The translations under genes were made by a program, and so were the position numbers. Shown piece after piece: positions 44,201 through 53,854 of a stretch of DNA of 64,000 bases (position 1 is the first letter of the stretch; the number at the start of each line of letters is the position of its first letter). The DNA is from Candidatus Onthovivens sp. (GTDB lineage: Bacteria > Bacillota_I > Bacilli_A > RFN20 > CAG-826). Location of the stretch: positions 7,578-71,577 of the forward strand of contig DBFJOT010000010.1 in NCBI GenBank assembly GCA_048405595.1, written 5' to 3'. The notes under the pieces are model-generated. The model saw only the letters and a list, made by a program, of their open reading frames with translations. It ran no database searches and was not told the DNA's origin.

Positions 44201-44905
44201 TTAAAGAATAACGTTATGGTAAACAGCTTGGACGTCTTCACAATCATCAAGCATATCTAACAATTCTTTGAATTTTGTTAAATCTTCGCCTTCGATTGTA
44301 ATTTCATCGTTTGCTTTCATTGTAACTTCAGCAGCTTCAAATTCAGCAATTCCGTTTTCAGCTAATACTTGTTTAGCTTTTTCAAAAGCTGATGGATCAA
44401 CTAAAACTTCAGCGATTCCATCTTCTAATGTGATTTCTCTAACATCAACATCACCGAAAACTAAAATTTCTTCAAGGCTACTTTCATCACCATCATATTT
44501 AAAATCTAAAATTCCGACTTGTTCAAAATTATAGCTGACATCACCTAAGTGGCCACCTTTTTTAGTAACAAGTGTTCTGACATTAACTAAAGCTCTATTT
44601 GAGTTATCGCTTAATGTATCAATAATTAAATAGCTTCCAGCAGGTCCATAAGCTTCATATCTTCCTTCGATGTAGTTAGTAGCATCGCCACCTTGTGCTT
44701 TTTTAATTGCTCTATCAATAACATCTTTTGGACATGACTTTCTATATTTATCAATTGCAGCTCTTAAAGCAAGATTTGAGTTTGGATCTGGGATACCTCT
44801 TTTTGCGGCCATGTAAATTTCTTTTGAGGCACGCATATAAATTGCACTTTTCTTTGCAGCAGTTGCAGCCATAGATGCAGCTCTGACTTCAAAATGTCTA
44901 CCCAT
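44201..44905 (-). CDS. yebC: YebC/PmpR-family transcriptional regulator
   Basis: 234 aa, starting MGRHFEVRAASMAATAAKKSAIYMRASKEIYMAAK. Confidence 0.9.
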   Translation of the reverse strand: MGRHFEVRAASMAATAAKKSAIYMRASKEIYMAAKRGIPDPNSNLALRAAIDKYRKSCPKDVIDRAIKKAQGGDATNYIEGRYEAYGPAGSYLIIDTLSDNSNRALVNVRTLVTKKGGHLGDVSYNFEQVGILDFKYDGDESSLEEILVFGDVDVREITLEDGIAEVLVDPSAFEKAKQVLAENGIAEFEAAEVTMKANDEITIEGEDLTKFKELLDMLDDCEDVQAVYHNVIL

Positions 44906-44974
44906 ATAAAAAAATCTCCTTTGACAAAAAGTATTTTACTACTTTAGTAGTACTTTTTTCAATCTAGAAGACTT

Positions 44975-45706
44975 CTAATATATAACTTCTTTTAAATATA
45001 AAGCTTTTGACGGAGCTTGATAGCTGACTATATCTCGTTTAGTCGAAGATAAATGTTTCGAAATGAACGATTCATCAATTTTACCTTTACCGACTTCAAT
45101 AAGAGTTCCAACTATTTTTCTTATTTCATATCTCATGAATCCATCGCCATAGAAATAAATATATACTCGATCTTTTTTATTTTCGAAATTAATTGAAAAA
45201 ATTTCGCGAACAAAATTTTGATCATCATCTTTTTTAGATGTAAAATCCATAAAGTTATGTTTTCCAATAAATAAGCGAGAAGCTTCTTTAATTTTTTCAA
45301 TATCTAAATCACTAAGATAAAGTTCCAAATCTTTAAAAAACGGAACATATTCTTTTAGATTTAAAACATATTGGTAGATTTTACCTTTCGCCGAAAAGCG
45401 AGAATGAAAAGTCTCATCAACCTTTTCTATACTTTTAAAATATATATTTGAATCAATTAATTTATTTAGTGAATATCTAAATTTTTCTAATAATTCAATA
45501 TCTTTAGTTGCATCAAAATGTGCAACTTGATTGATAGCATGAACACCTTTATCAGTTCTGCCGCTTGCATATAAATTTATCTTCTCATTCAAAATTAAAG
45601 ACAAAGTTTTTTCAATTTCGCCTTGTATAGTTCTTGTATCAATTTGCTTTGCATAACCATTAAATGATGTTCCACAATATGAAAAAATAAGTTTATATCT
45701 ATTCAT
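44975..45706 (-). CDS. truA: tRNA pseudouridine(38-40) synthase
   Basis: MNRYKLIFSYCGTSFNGYAKQ...ASGRTDKGVHA. The start ATG 45704-45706 overlaps the ecfT stop (TAATG). Confidence 0.9.
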   Translation of the reverse strand: MNRYKLIFSYCGTSFNGYAKQIDTRTIQGEIEKTLSLILNEKINLYASGRTDKGVHAINQVAHFDATKDIELLEKFRYSLNKLIDSNIYFKSIEKVDETFHSRFSAKGKIYQYVLNLKEYVPFFKDLELYLSDLDIEKIKEASRLFIGKHNFMDFTSKKDDDQNFVREIFSINFENKKDRVYIYFYGDGFMRYEIRKIVGTLIEVGKGKIDESFISKHLSSTKRDIVSYQAPSKALYLKEVIY

Positions 45707-46593
45707 TAGAATGCACCAATGCCAAACCAAGCATTTAAGAAGTTGTCAAGTCCGTTTACATTTTGGGTAAAGTAGCACATTGTTCCAAACGCACCAACAA
45801 CAATTAAAGTTAAAATAATTCCACTATAATCTCTAAAATGGAATTTTAAAGCTCGATAACTAGTTCTTTTAGCGTATGGATCATACCCTCTAGCATTCAT
45901 CGCTAAAGCTAATTCATCACTTCTTGAGAAACAACTACTCAACAATGGGACAATTAATGTTGTAACACTTTTTAATTTTTTTCCTATAAAACCACGTTCG
46001 TAATCAACACCCCTACTTTTTTGAGCTTTCATAATACGATTTGCTTCATCTAGTAAAGTCGGAATAAATCTTAGAGCAAGTGATAAAGTCATTGAGATAA
46101 CTTGTGTTGGGAATTTTATTAATCGTAATGGAGTAAGATACCATTCAAGTGCGTAAGTTAAATCCATTGGTGAAGTTGTGGAAGTTAAAATCAAAGTCAA
46201 AGCAACCATCATTACAAGTCTTAAGAAAACGTGTAATGTTTGAAATAATCCTTCCCGATAAATTGCATATCCATTTGGAAAAGTTACAATTGGATGAAGA
46301 GATGAGAGATCACCTGTTTGAGGAATAAAAACGAAGATAATCAACAAGAATATCATCATAAACCGCATTCCTTTTAGGCTCTTTAAAAAATCTAAAAAAT
46401 TGCATTTACTTAAAATCATTAAAACACCGATTATAAAGCAAAGAATTCCAAGAATAATAAATCTATTAGCATAATTTCCATATGGTAAAAAACAAATTAC
46501 CATCAATCCAATTAAACCAAAAATTTTAATTCTAGGATCTAAACGATGAATAATTGTGTTATATGGAGTAAGTTTACCAAATACATTTGTCAT
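45706..46593 (-). CDS. ecfT: ECF transporter transmembrane (T) component
   Basis: 295 aa. CbiQ/EcfT family with the ARG-type coupling motifs (AMNARGYD). Follows two EcfA genes. Confidence 0.9.
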   Translation of the reverse strand: MTNVFGKLTPYNTIIHRLDPRIKIFGLIGLMVICFLPYGNYANRFIILGILCFIIGVLMILSKCNFLDFLKSLKGMRFMMIFLLIIFVFIPQTGDLSSLHPIVTFPNGYAIYREGLFQTLHVFLRLVMMVALTLILTSTTSPMDLTYALEWYLTPLRLIKFPTQVISMTLSLALRFIPTLLDEANRIMKAQKSRGVDYERGFIGKKLKSVTTLIVPLLSSCFSRSDELALAMNARGYDPYAKRTSYRALKFHFRDYSGIILTLIVVGAFGTMCYFTQNVNGLDNFLNAWFGIGAF

Positions 46594-46594
46594 A

Positions 46595-47482
46595 TTATTT
46601 CGTAATCGCCTCCACTAAAGTATCAATAGAAGCGACTTCACTTAAATCTTTTTTAAAACCTTTCTTAATAAGTAATTTCTTTAACTTATAAAGAGTAGGA
46701 ATTTCTAAAGAGTACTCTTCTATATTTTCACTGTTAAAAAGTTCCGATGGTGTCGTTACTTTTACTAATTTCGCATCATTCAAAACAATAACTTTATGAG
46801 CGTAATTCATAACAACATCCATGTCATGAGTTACAACAATTATCGTTTTTCCAGTTTCATGAACCTTTTTGACCATTTCCATGATGTCTTTTTTTCCAAC
46901 TGGATCAAGACCAGCTGTAGGTTCATCTAGAACCAAAATATCAGGATTACTAGAAAGAATTCCAGCAATTGCAACTCTTCTTTTTTCGCCACCTGACAAC
47001 TCAAATGGTGATTTTTGATAATACGATTCATCGATTCCTACCGAGGTTAACGCTTCGATAGCAACTTTCTTAGCTTCTTCATCACTTAATTTGAAATTCT
47101 TAGGTCCAAACATTACATCTTTTAAAACAGTTTCACTAAATAATTGATATTCAGGAAATTGGAAAACTAGTCCTACAGTTTTTCTTAACTTATATTGTTT
47201 TTTATTATCTTTTTGCTCTTCTTCACTTAACGTTTTGATTTTATCTTTAAAAAGTTTTTTATCCGCAGTGACATAAAAATAATCGACCTTTGTATATCCA
47301 CTTGTTGGTTTAATGAGCGCATTAAAAGTTTGAACAAGAGTAGATTTTCCACTTCCTGTTTTTCCAACGATTGCTATGAATTCTCCTTTGTCAATTTCAA
47401 GATTAACATTAGATAAAGCATCGTAGTGATTAGGGTCTTTTTTGTTATAGACATATGAGATATTTTCACATTTTATTTGCAT
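46595..47482 (-). CDS. ecfA2: ECF transporter ATPase A2
   Basis: 295 aa. GKTGSGKST, LSGGEKRRVAIAG, LVLDEPTAGLD. Confidence 0.9.
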   Translation of the reverse strand: MQIKCENISYVYNKKDPNHYDALSNVNLEIDKGEFIAIVGKTGSGKSTLVQTFNALIKPTSGYTKVDYFYVTADKKLFKDKIKTLSEEEQKDNKKQYKLRKTVGLVFQFPEYQLFSETVLKDVMFGPKNFKLSDEEAKKVAIEALTSVGIDESYYQKSPFELSGGEKRRVAIAGILSSNPDILVLDEPTAGLDPVGKKDIMEMVKKVHETGKTIIVVTHDMDVVMNYAHKVIVLNDAKLVKVTTPSELFNSENIEEYSLEIPTLYKLKKLLIKKGFKKDLSEVASIDTLVEAITK

Positions 47483-48291
47483 AAATAATCACTAAATTCC
47501 TCTATAGTTTTGATTTCGCTAGGGATTTGCAAGCTTTTTTCCGCTAATTTCTTCTTAATTTTCATTAAAAACGGAATGTCAAGTCCAATTGAATAAATTT
47601 CTTGTTCGTTTTTAAAAACATCTTCTGGCTTGCCTTCTTTAAAAATTTCGCCTTTATTTAATATAATTACGCGGTCGCTAATATAAGCTTCTTCAATGTC
47701 GTGAGTGATTGAAATAAAGGTTAATGAAGGGTCTTCTTTTCTCATTTCAGCAACGAGTTCTTTAATATTTTCGACTCCTTCTGGATCTAACATAGCTGTA
47801 GCTTCATCAAAAATGATAATCTTTAATCCAAGTGCCAAAATTCCAGCGATTGCAACGCGTTGTTTTTGCCCACCACTTAATTCTTCAGGTGATATGTTTA
47901 AGAATTTTTCCATTCCAACTTTTTTAGCAAATTCTCTAACGGTTTTTTGCATTTCTTCGCGTGGAATATTTCTATTTTCTAATCCAAAAGCAATATCATC
48001 TTCTACAGTAGAGCCAATAAATTGGTTGTCTGGATTTTGGAAAACTATTCCTATTAAATTTCTTAGACTAGGATAATTCTTTTCATTTACTTCAATTCCG
48101 TTAATTAATATTTCACCACTATCAGCAGGTAAAAGGTAACAAAGAAGTTTGCTTAATGTTGATTTGCCACTTCCATTATGTCCAATTAACGAGACATATT
48201 CCCCTTCTTCCACACTAAAAGAGATGTCCTTTAAAGTCTGAACATCTTTTTCATATGAGAAATTTAATTTTTTTACTTCTACTGCTTTCAT
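47473..48291 (-). CDS. ecfA1: ECF transporter ATPase A1
   Basis: 272 aa. GHNGSGKST, LSGGQKQRVAIAG, IIFDEATAMLD. Confidence 0.9.
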   Translation of the reverse strand: MKAVEVKKLNFSYEKDVQTLKDISFSVEEGEYVSLIGHNGSGKSTLSKLLCYLLPADSGEILINGIEVNEKNYPSLRNLIGIVFQNPDNQFIGSTVEDDIAFGLENRNIPREEMQKTVREFAKKVGMEKFLNISPEELSGGQKQRVAIAGILALGLKIIIFDEATAMLDPEGVENIKELVAEMRKEDPSLTFISITHDIEEAYISDRVIILNKGEIFKEGKPEDVFKNEQEIYSIGLDIPFLMKIKKKLAEKSLQIPSEIKTIEEFSDYLCK

Positions 48292-48758
48292 TACTTAAAT
48301 TCTACTTCCGTATATCTACCTTCGTATTTTTTAACTTCTACTCCAGCTAACGCAAATAATTTTTTACTTGCTCTTGTGCTTACTGAATCTCCGTATTTAT
48401 CGCTTAAATAAACAATTCGTTTTATACCAGTTTGAATGATCGCTTTTGCACATTCGTTACATGGGAAAAGTGTTACGTAAACTGTGCATCCTTTTAATGA
48501 GCTACCGTTACGGATATTTAATATAGCATTAAATTCAGCGTGACATACATAAAGATACTTATTATTTATGTCTTCACCTTTTTCCCGAGTTAATTGACTT
48601 TCATCAACACATCTTGGCATACCATTATATCCAATAGATACAACTTTATTGTCTTCATCAACAATACAAGCTCCAACTTGTGTAGATGGGTCTTTGCTTC
48701 TTTTTGCACTTAATAAAGCAATTCCCATAAAGTATTCTTCCCAGTTAATAACACCCAT
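48291..48758 (-). CDS. comEB: dCMP deaminase (ComEB family)
   Basis: 155 aa. Zinc motifs CHAEFNAI and PCNECAKAI. Confidence 0.9.
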   Translation of the reverse strand: MGVINWEEYFMGIALLSAKRSKDPSTQVGACIVDEDNKVVSIGYNGMPRCVDESQLTREKGEDINNKYLYVCHAEFNAILNIRNGSSLKGCTVYVTLFPCNECAKAIIQTGIKRIVYLSDKYGDSVSTRASKKLFALAGVEVKKYEGRYTEVEFK

Positions 48759-48925
48759 AATCTTTCTCCATAAACTCTCTAAATAATACTACAAATATCC
48801 CCTATTGATAATAAATAAATTTTTTGTTAAAAAATGCCAAATTTAATTTTTTTAAAGATATGTGAATTTTTAGTTAAAACAAACCTTAAACAAAGTGACT
48901 TTTTGTGCAAATTTAAGCTGAATTT

Positions 48926-48934
48926 TGCTATAAT
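48926..48934 (+). promoter_or_regulatory. Extended -10 promoter (TGCTATAAT) placing the TSS at or next to the ATG of the CBS gene
   Basis: TGCTATAAT occupies 48926-48934. Only 6 nt separate it from ATG 48941, and there is no SD sequence. This implies a leaderless mRNA. Confidence 0.4.
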
Positions 48935-48940
48935 TTATTT

Positions 48941-49354
48941 ATGAATGTTTTATTTTTCTTAACACCAAAAAGTCAAATTAAATATGTTGATACATCAATG
49001 TCAATTAGACAAGTTTTAGAAGTAATTGAGCATTATCGTTTCACTACAATTCCATTATTAAGTAAAGAAGGAAAATTCGTTGGAACAATCACTGAAGGTG
49101 ATTTACTTTTTTACATTAAAGATCATCCATTTAAAAATATTGCTCAATTTAATAACATCAACATCTTAGAAGTTAAACGTCATAGAGATTATTTACCTAT
49201 TAAAAGCGATTATGAAATGAGTGATTTAATCATTACAGCCGTAAACGAAAACTTCGTTCCTGTTTTAGATGACTTAGGTTTTTTCATCGGAATCGTCACA
49301 AGAAAATCTATTATTAACTACTTATACCTTGAAAACAAAAAACAATCTCAATAA
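48941..49354 (+). CDS. CBS-domain pair protein
   Basis: 137 aa with two CBS repeats (TIPLLSKEGKFVGTITEGDLL and FVPVLDDLGFFIGIVTRKSII). Confidence 0.8.
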   Translation: MNVLFFLTPKSQIKYVDTSMSIRQVLEVIEHYRFTTIPLLSKEGKFVGTITEGDLLFYIKDHPFKNIAQFNNINILEVKRHRDYLPIKSDYEMSDLIITAVNENFVPVLDDLGFFIGIVTRKSIINYLYLENKKQSQ

Positions 49355-49378
49355 TTGACTTCCTTAATTTAAATCATT

Positions 49379-49425
49379 CCTTTCAAATTAATGTATTTAC
49401 ATTCATAAATTTGAAAGGTTTTTTC
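49379..49425 (+). terminator. Intrinsic terminator of the CBS gene
   Basis: 11-bp stem CCTTTCAAATT (49379-49389) / AATTTGAAAGG (49408-49418) followed by T6. Confidence 0.75.
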
Positions 49426-49431
49426 TTATTA

Positions 49432-49459
49432 CAAAAAAGCGCCTCTACTTGAAGCGCTT
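49432..49459 (-). terminator. Intrinsic terminator of pepT
   Basis: Stem AAGCGC/GCGCTT (49437-49442 / 49454-49459). U6 on the minus strand. Confidence 0.6.
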
Positions 49460-49463
49460 AATT

Positions 49464-50657
49464 TTATTTAAATAATTCTTTTAAGATTTCTACCATTTTT
49501 AACATTTGAGTTACACTAACAAACTCAAATCTTCCATGAGGATTAAAATCTCCAACACCTAAATTAGGACATGGTAAACCTTTATATGTAATAGTTGCTC
49601 CATCAGTGCCACCTCTGATTGGTTCATAATGGATTTTTGTTAATTTATTAAGATAAGCTTTATTAATCATTGTGATTGCAGTCATATCTTTAATAAAATA
49701 ATCTCTCATATTTCTATATTCATCTTTTATTAATACATCAACTTTAGCTTTTGGATATCGATTCATAATGACTTTTCTAGCATTAAGAAGCATATCTTTT
49801 TTCTCTTCTAATAAATTAAGCTCGTGGTCTCTTAAAATATAGAAAAGTTCGGTTTTCTCAACATCACCTTTTATTTCATCAAGGTGAATAAATCCTTGAT
49901 AGCCAGAAGTTTTTGATGGAATCATATCTTTTGGTAATAAAGCATTGAATTCCATAGCTAAAAGAACACTATTAATCATTAAGTCTTTAGCTGAACCTGG
50001 ATGTACTCCAACTCCTTCAATCGTTACTTCTGCGCTAGCAGCATTGAAATTTTCAAAACTAGCTTCATAAATTGAGCCACCATCTAAAGTGTAAGCAACA
50101 TCAGCTTTCATTTTACTTGGTTCAAAATGTAATGCACCTTGACCGATTTCTTCATCTGGAGTAAAAGCGATTGCTAAATTAAAATTGAATTCGTCTTTAT
50201 GTAAAACATAATATTTTGCAAATTCAAAAATAATTGCGATACCAGCTTTGTCATCTCCACCTAAAAGATGTTCGCCATCTGTAACTAATAAATCTTCTCC
50301 GATGACTGTTTTTAAAACAGGGAAATCTTCTTCACCCATTGAATATTTATCATTGAGTTTAATTATTGAGCCATCATATTTTTCAATTAATCTAGTGTTT
50401 GTAATTTGTCCACTAATTGTAGGAGCAGTATCCATATGAGCAATTAAACCAATTGTTTTTTCTTTTCCGTTTGGAACTTTTCCATAAATAATTCCAAATT
50501 CATCTTGATAAGAATCGCTTACACCGATTTCTTGAAGATCTTGAAGTAAAATTTTTCCAAATTCTAATTGTGAATTAGTGCTTGGATAAGTAGTACTTGT
50601 TGGATCACTCATCGTGTCATAAGAAATATATTTTTTAAATCTTTCTAATAAAGTCAT
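49464..50657 (-). CDS. pepT: Peptidase T (tripeptide aminopeptidase, M20B)
   Basis: 397 aa. LLERFKKYISYDT, AHMDTAP, GGDDKAGIA, TPDEEIG. Confidence 0.9.
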   Translation of the reverse strand: MTLLERFKKYISYDTMSDPTSTTYPSTNSQLEFGKILLQDLQEIGVSDSYQDEFGIIYGKVPNGKEKTIGLIAHMDTAPTISGQITNTRLIEKYDGSIIKLNDKYSMGEEDFPVLKTVIGEDLLVTDGEHLLGGDDKAGIAIIFEFAKYYVLHKDEFNFNLAIAFTPDEEIGQGALHFEPSKMKADVAYTLDGGSIYEASFENFNAASAEVTIEGVGVHPGSAKDLMINSVLLAMEFNALLPKDMIPSKTSGYQGFIHLDEIKGDVEKTELFYILRDHELNLLEEKKDMLLNARKVIMNRYPKAKVDVLIKDEYRNMRDYFIKDMTAITMINKAYLNKLTKIHYEPIRGGTDGATITYKGLPCPNLGVGDFNPHGRFEFVSVTQMLKMVEILKELFK

Positions 50658-50665
50658 AAATTACC

Positions 50666-51226
50666 TCACTTCTTTAAAGCAAAAAATTGCAAACTAATCG
50701 CTTCTATATCAAGAACCCATTTAACATCTTCTTTTGATGTAAAAGTTAAATCAAAGTAGTCTGTTGAATCATTAAAATTTACATTTTCTAATGTAGAAAA
50801 CATATCAGTTGAATAAGGTAAAGTTTTTAAAACATCTTCATTCTTGTTTTTAAGTACTAATGATGGATAATTCATATCATTTTGTTCACTTGATTCAACA
50901 ATTTTAATCTTATAAGCGAAACTAATTTTATAATCGTTTGATTTAAAAGATGGATTATCTTCGATTAAAGCATCCAAATTAAAACGATATCCAAATGTTA
51001 ACTTAGTGAAAATCCCTTCGCTTTCTAAATTATAAAGATAGTCTAATTTGTCATTTTCAATTTTATCTTTATTTAAATAAATATCATAATCATGTTTAAC
51101 TAAACGATAATCTTTTGTGGTGAAATATATACCGCAAAATGTAGCAATACCAGCTAAAATCGATATGACGCCGACACTAATTACTGCAATTAGTCCAATT
51201 TTCTTCTTTTGTTCTTCGTTTTTCAT
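50666..51226 (-). CDS. N-terminally anchored membrane protein, unknown function
   Basis: 186 aa. A single TM helix after a basic N-terminus. No motif recognised. Confidence 0.55.
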   Translation of the reverse strand: MKNEEQKKKIGLIAVISVGVISILAGIATFCGIYFTTKDYRLVKHDYDIYLNKDKIENDKLDYLYNLESEGIFTKLTFGYRFNLDALIEDNPSFKSNDYKISFAYKIKIVESSEQNDMNYPSLVLKNKNEDVLKTLPYSTDMFSTLENVNFNDSTDYFDLTFTSKEDVKWVLDIEAISLQFFALKK

Positions 51227-51354
51227 ACATTGATTATAATATAAAGAAAATTCTAGATAAATATATATGTAAATAATTTATTTTTACTTAAGGTGAGCCA
51301 AAATTTTAACGCAACTTGATATCAATTTATGACAAAGTTGCTACAATTAATTAT

Positions 51355-52104
51355 ATGAATAAAGAAATCATCGTCGATACTCATACTCACATAGGTTATT
51401 GGCCAAATTTAAAAACTACAGAAAATAACTTAGTAGCATCATGCCAAGATTTTAATATATCGTTTGCTTTAGTTAGTTTCGATGGTTCGGAATTCCTTCA
51501 CGAAAGAGGAAGACTTATAAATCAGATTGAAGCAAGTAAAAAATGTCTAAAATTCATTAATGATAACGAACATTTTGGGATGTTAATTTGGATTAGACCT
51601 CATCTAGAAAAAAATTATCAAGATGTCGACAATTTTATCGCGAAACATCGTGACAAAATTTATGGATTGAAATTCCATCCTTTTTTATCAAGAATGAGAA
51701 TTAATGATCAAAGACTTTATCCGTATTTTGATATAGCTAAAAAATACAATTTACCAATTTTAGTTCACACAGCTAGTGATCAATATTCAAATATTAAATA
51801 TTTAGTTCGAGCAGCTAAAAGCTTTAAGGAACTAAATTTTGTTGCTGCTCATTTAGAGCTTCAAACTGATAATTTAGAAGCATTAAAAGCTTTGAAAGAT
51901 AATGAAAATATATATGGTGACACTGCTTGGGTAAATATGAATTCTTTAATCGAAGCAAAAAATTTAGGTGTATTAAATAAAATTATGTTCGGCTCTGATA
52001 ATCCAATTGACGGCTATGAAACGTTAAATAATCCACTTTATCAATCCTACTTCAATAACGAAATTGAGCTAACAAAAAAAAGAGCTACAAAACTTAATGT
52101 ATAA
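51355..52104 (+). CDS. Amidohydrolase-2 / TIM-barrel metal-dependent hydrolase
   Basis: MNKEIIVDTHTHIGYW, HPF, VHTA, FGSDNP are metal-ligand motifs. The start is uncertain: the ORF-track TTG at 51316 lacks a well-placed RBS. Confidence 0.7.
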   Translation: MNKEIIVDTHTHIGYWPNLKTTENNLVASCQDFNISFALVSFDGSEFLHERGRLINQIEASKKCLKFINDNEHFGMLIWIRPHLEKNYQDVDNFIAKHRDKIYGLKFHPFLSRMRINDQRLYPYFDIAKKYNLPILVHTASDQYSNIKYLVRAAKSFKELNFVAAHLELQTDNLEALKALKDNENIYGDTAWVNMNSLIEAKNLGVLNKIMFGSDNPIDGYETLNNPLYQSYFNNEIELTKKRATKLNV

Positions 52105-52138
52105 AACAGCCATTAAAGTTTATAAGCTCGACAAGAAA

Positions 52139-52354
52139 TTATTTAGATAATCCATTTAATACGAATATCACAATTACACAACCAATGATTAAAAGTAACA
52201 AAAAGAAAATGAAATAAAGTAACTTTGAATGTTTCTCATCTTTTATTGGAGCAACTTCTTTTTCTTCGTTTTCTTCATTTAAAACTTCACTCAGGAGTTC
52301 GTCTTTTTTGGTATTTGTTTCTTCGTTTAAGTTTTTATTTTCTTCGTTATTCAT
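52139..52354 (-). CDS. Small acidic protein with a C-terminal TM anchor
   Basis: 71 aa. Glu/Asn-rich N-terminal half followed by LLYFIFFLLLLIIGCVIVIFVL. Overlaps the upstream gene by 8 nt. Confidence 0.5.
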   Translation of the reverse strand: MNNEENKNLNEETNTKKDELLSEVLNEENEEKEVAPIKDEKHSKLLYFIFFLLLLIIGCVIVIFVLNGLSK

Positions 52355-53225
52355 GTTGAACTTCCTTTACTTTTTCACCTTCAAAAGCTAATTTATCCGT
52401 ATTTTGCATAGTTTTATGTTTTAAAATCCTATTCATTAAGTTATTTTTATTGAGTAAAGCACCTTCAGCATTAAAGCGCAATGATAAATCTAAAGCCATT
52501 AAAATAATTACAATATGGCCGAAACTGGTTAAGAAACCTGTAAGCATTCTAACCGTTAAAATAATCATAAAGTCATATCCAAGAAGGAGAGTTTGAATGG
52601 CTGATCCAACTGGAATTTTAAATAAGAAATAAGTCACGTAAACGCTAGTAGCGATGATATAAGAATTGTAATATTTATTAAATTTACGATTCTTAAATCT
52701 ATTTTTTATATAAATCGTACCTACAATAAATATAATCGATAAAGCTAAGAAAGTTGAAGATAATCCCCATTTAATCCAAGGATAAAGTTCATACGCTTTT
52801 TTCCCTGACTCGCTATAAATAACATCGTTTGTTGCCATAAATGTTATTACAAAAATGTTTAAGGCGAGAAGAATGATAGTTAAAATAATTGGAAATTTAT
52901 TTTCTAACTTTGTAAATCTTATAACTTTATATGCTAGATAAGGAATAAGACCAGTTAATGAAGCTGCAATAGTATATAAAGGATTAAATTCTCCTCCAAG
53001 AGGATATAAAACAGCTCCTAAAACATCTACTGCTGTACCAACAATTAATCCATAAATCGGGCCAAGATAAAAACTAGAAAACATGACAACAGATGGGGCA
53101 AAACTAATTTTTAAAAATGGTAAACCAAATAAATGACTGATCGATAAAAATCTTGATAATATAATTCCTAAAGCAATAAAAAGAGCACTATAAGAAATTT
53201 TGTAAAGAGTATTCATTTTTTTCAT
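52347..53225 (-). CDS. ECF transporter S-component-like membrane protein (folate-family-like) with extra C-terminal TM helices
   Basis: 292 aa. The N-terminal ~170 aa resemble S components (ISYSALFIALGIILSRF...PIYGLIVGTAVDVLG). About 120 further residues add more TM helices. Confidence 0.6.
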   Translation of the reverse strand: MKKMNTLYKISYSALFIALGIILSRFLSISHLFGLPFLKISFAPSVVMFSSFYLGPIYGLIVGTAVDVLGAVLYPLGGEFNPLYTIAASLTGLIPYLAYKVIRFTKLENKFPIILTIILLALNIFVITFMATNDVIYSESGKKAYELYPWIKWGLSSTFLALSIIFIVGTIYIKNRFKNRKFNKYYNSYIIATSVYVTYFLFKIPVGSAIQTLLLGYDFMIILTVRMLTGFLTSFGHIVIILMALDLSLRFNAEGALLNKNNLMNRILKHKTMQNTDKLAFEGEKVKEVQHE

Positions 53226-53227
53226 GA

Positions 53228-53686
53228 TTAATCTCTTTTCATAGCTTTAGCCATGTCTCGTTTATCGTCACGAGCTTTTATAGTTTCGCGTTTATCATAA
53301 AGTTTTTTACCTTTGCCTAAAGCAATTTCTAATTTAGCGCTTCCTTTTTTTAAATAAAGTTTAGTTGGGACAACTGTATATCCATCTTTGATTGTTTTTT
53401 GTTCAAATTTTAAAATTTCGTTTTTATGAAGTAATAACTTCCTAGTTCTTAAAGGGTCATGATTAAAAATATTACCTTTTTCATATTCACTAATATTCAT
53501 ATTAATAATAAAAGCTTCTCCGTTTTTAAAGGTAATATATGAGTCATTTAACGAAACTTTATGAGCTTTAATTGATTTAATCTCAGTTCCTGTTAAAGAA
53601 AGACCCGCTTCTAAAAAATCGCTTAAGAAATAATTAAACGATGCTTTTTTGTTTTGAACGACGATTTTAATACCTGAATTTTCCAT
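53228..53686 (-). CDS. smpB: SsrA-binding protein
   Basis: 152 aa. NKKASFNYFL..EAGL.L.GTEIKS...LLLHK.E....K..KDGYT.VP..LY is the canonical SmpB pattern. Confidence 0.95.
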   Translation of the reverse strand: MENSGIKIVVQNKKASFNYFLSDFLEAGLSLTGTEIKSIKAHKVSLNDSYITFKNGEAFIINMNISEYEKGNIFNHDPLRTRKLLLHKNEILKFEQKTIKDGYTVVPTKLYLKKGSAKLEIALGKGKKLYDKRETIKARDDKRDMAKAMKRD

Positions 53687-53854
53687 CGGTAAAATTATAA
53701 TCTATTTTTCGTAATTTATCATTACTAAAACATTATTATTCATAATATTTGCTCTTTGTTTTTTCGGCCTTAAGCAAAAAAGATAGCCTGATATTTTTTG
53801 TATTTTTTCAGACTATCTTTTTTAATATTTTAAAAATTTATTCGATTAAATCGA

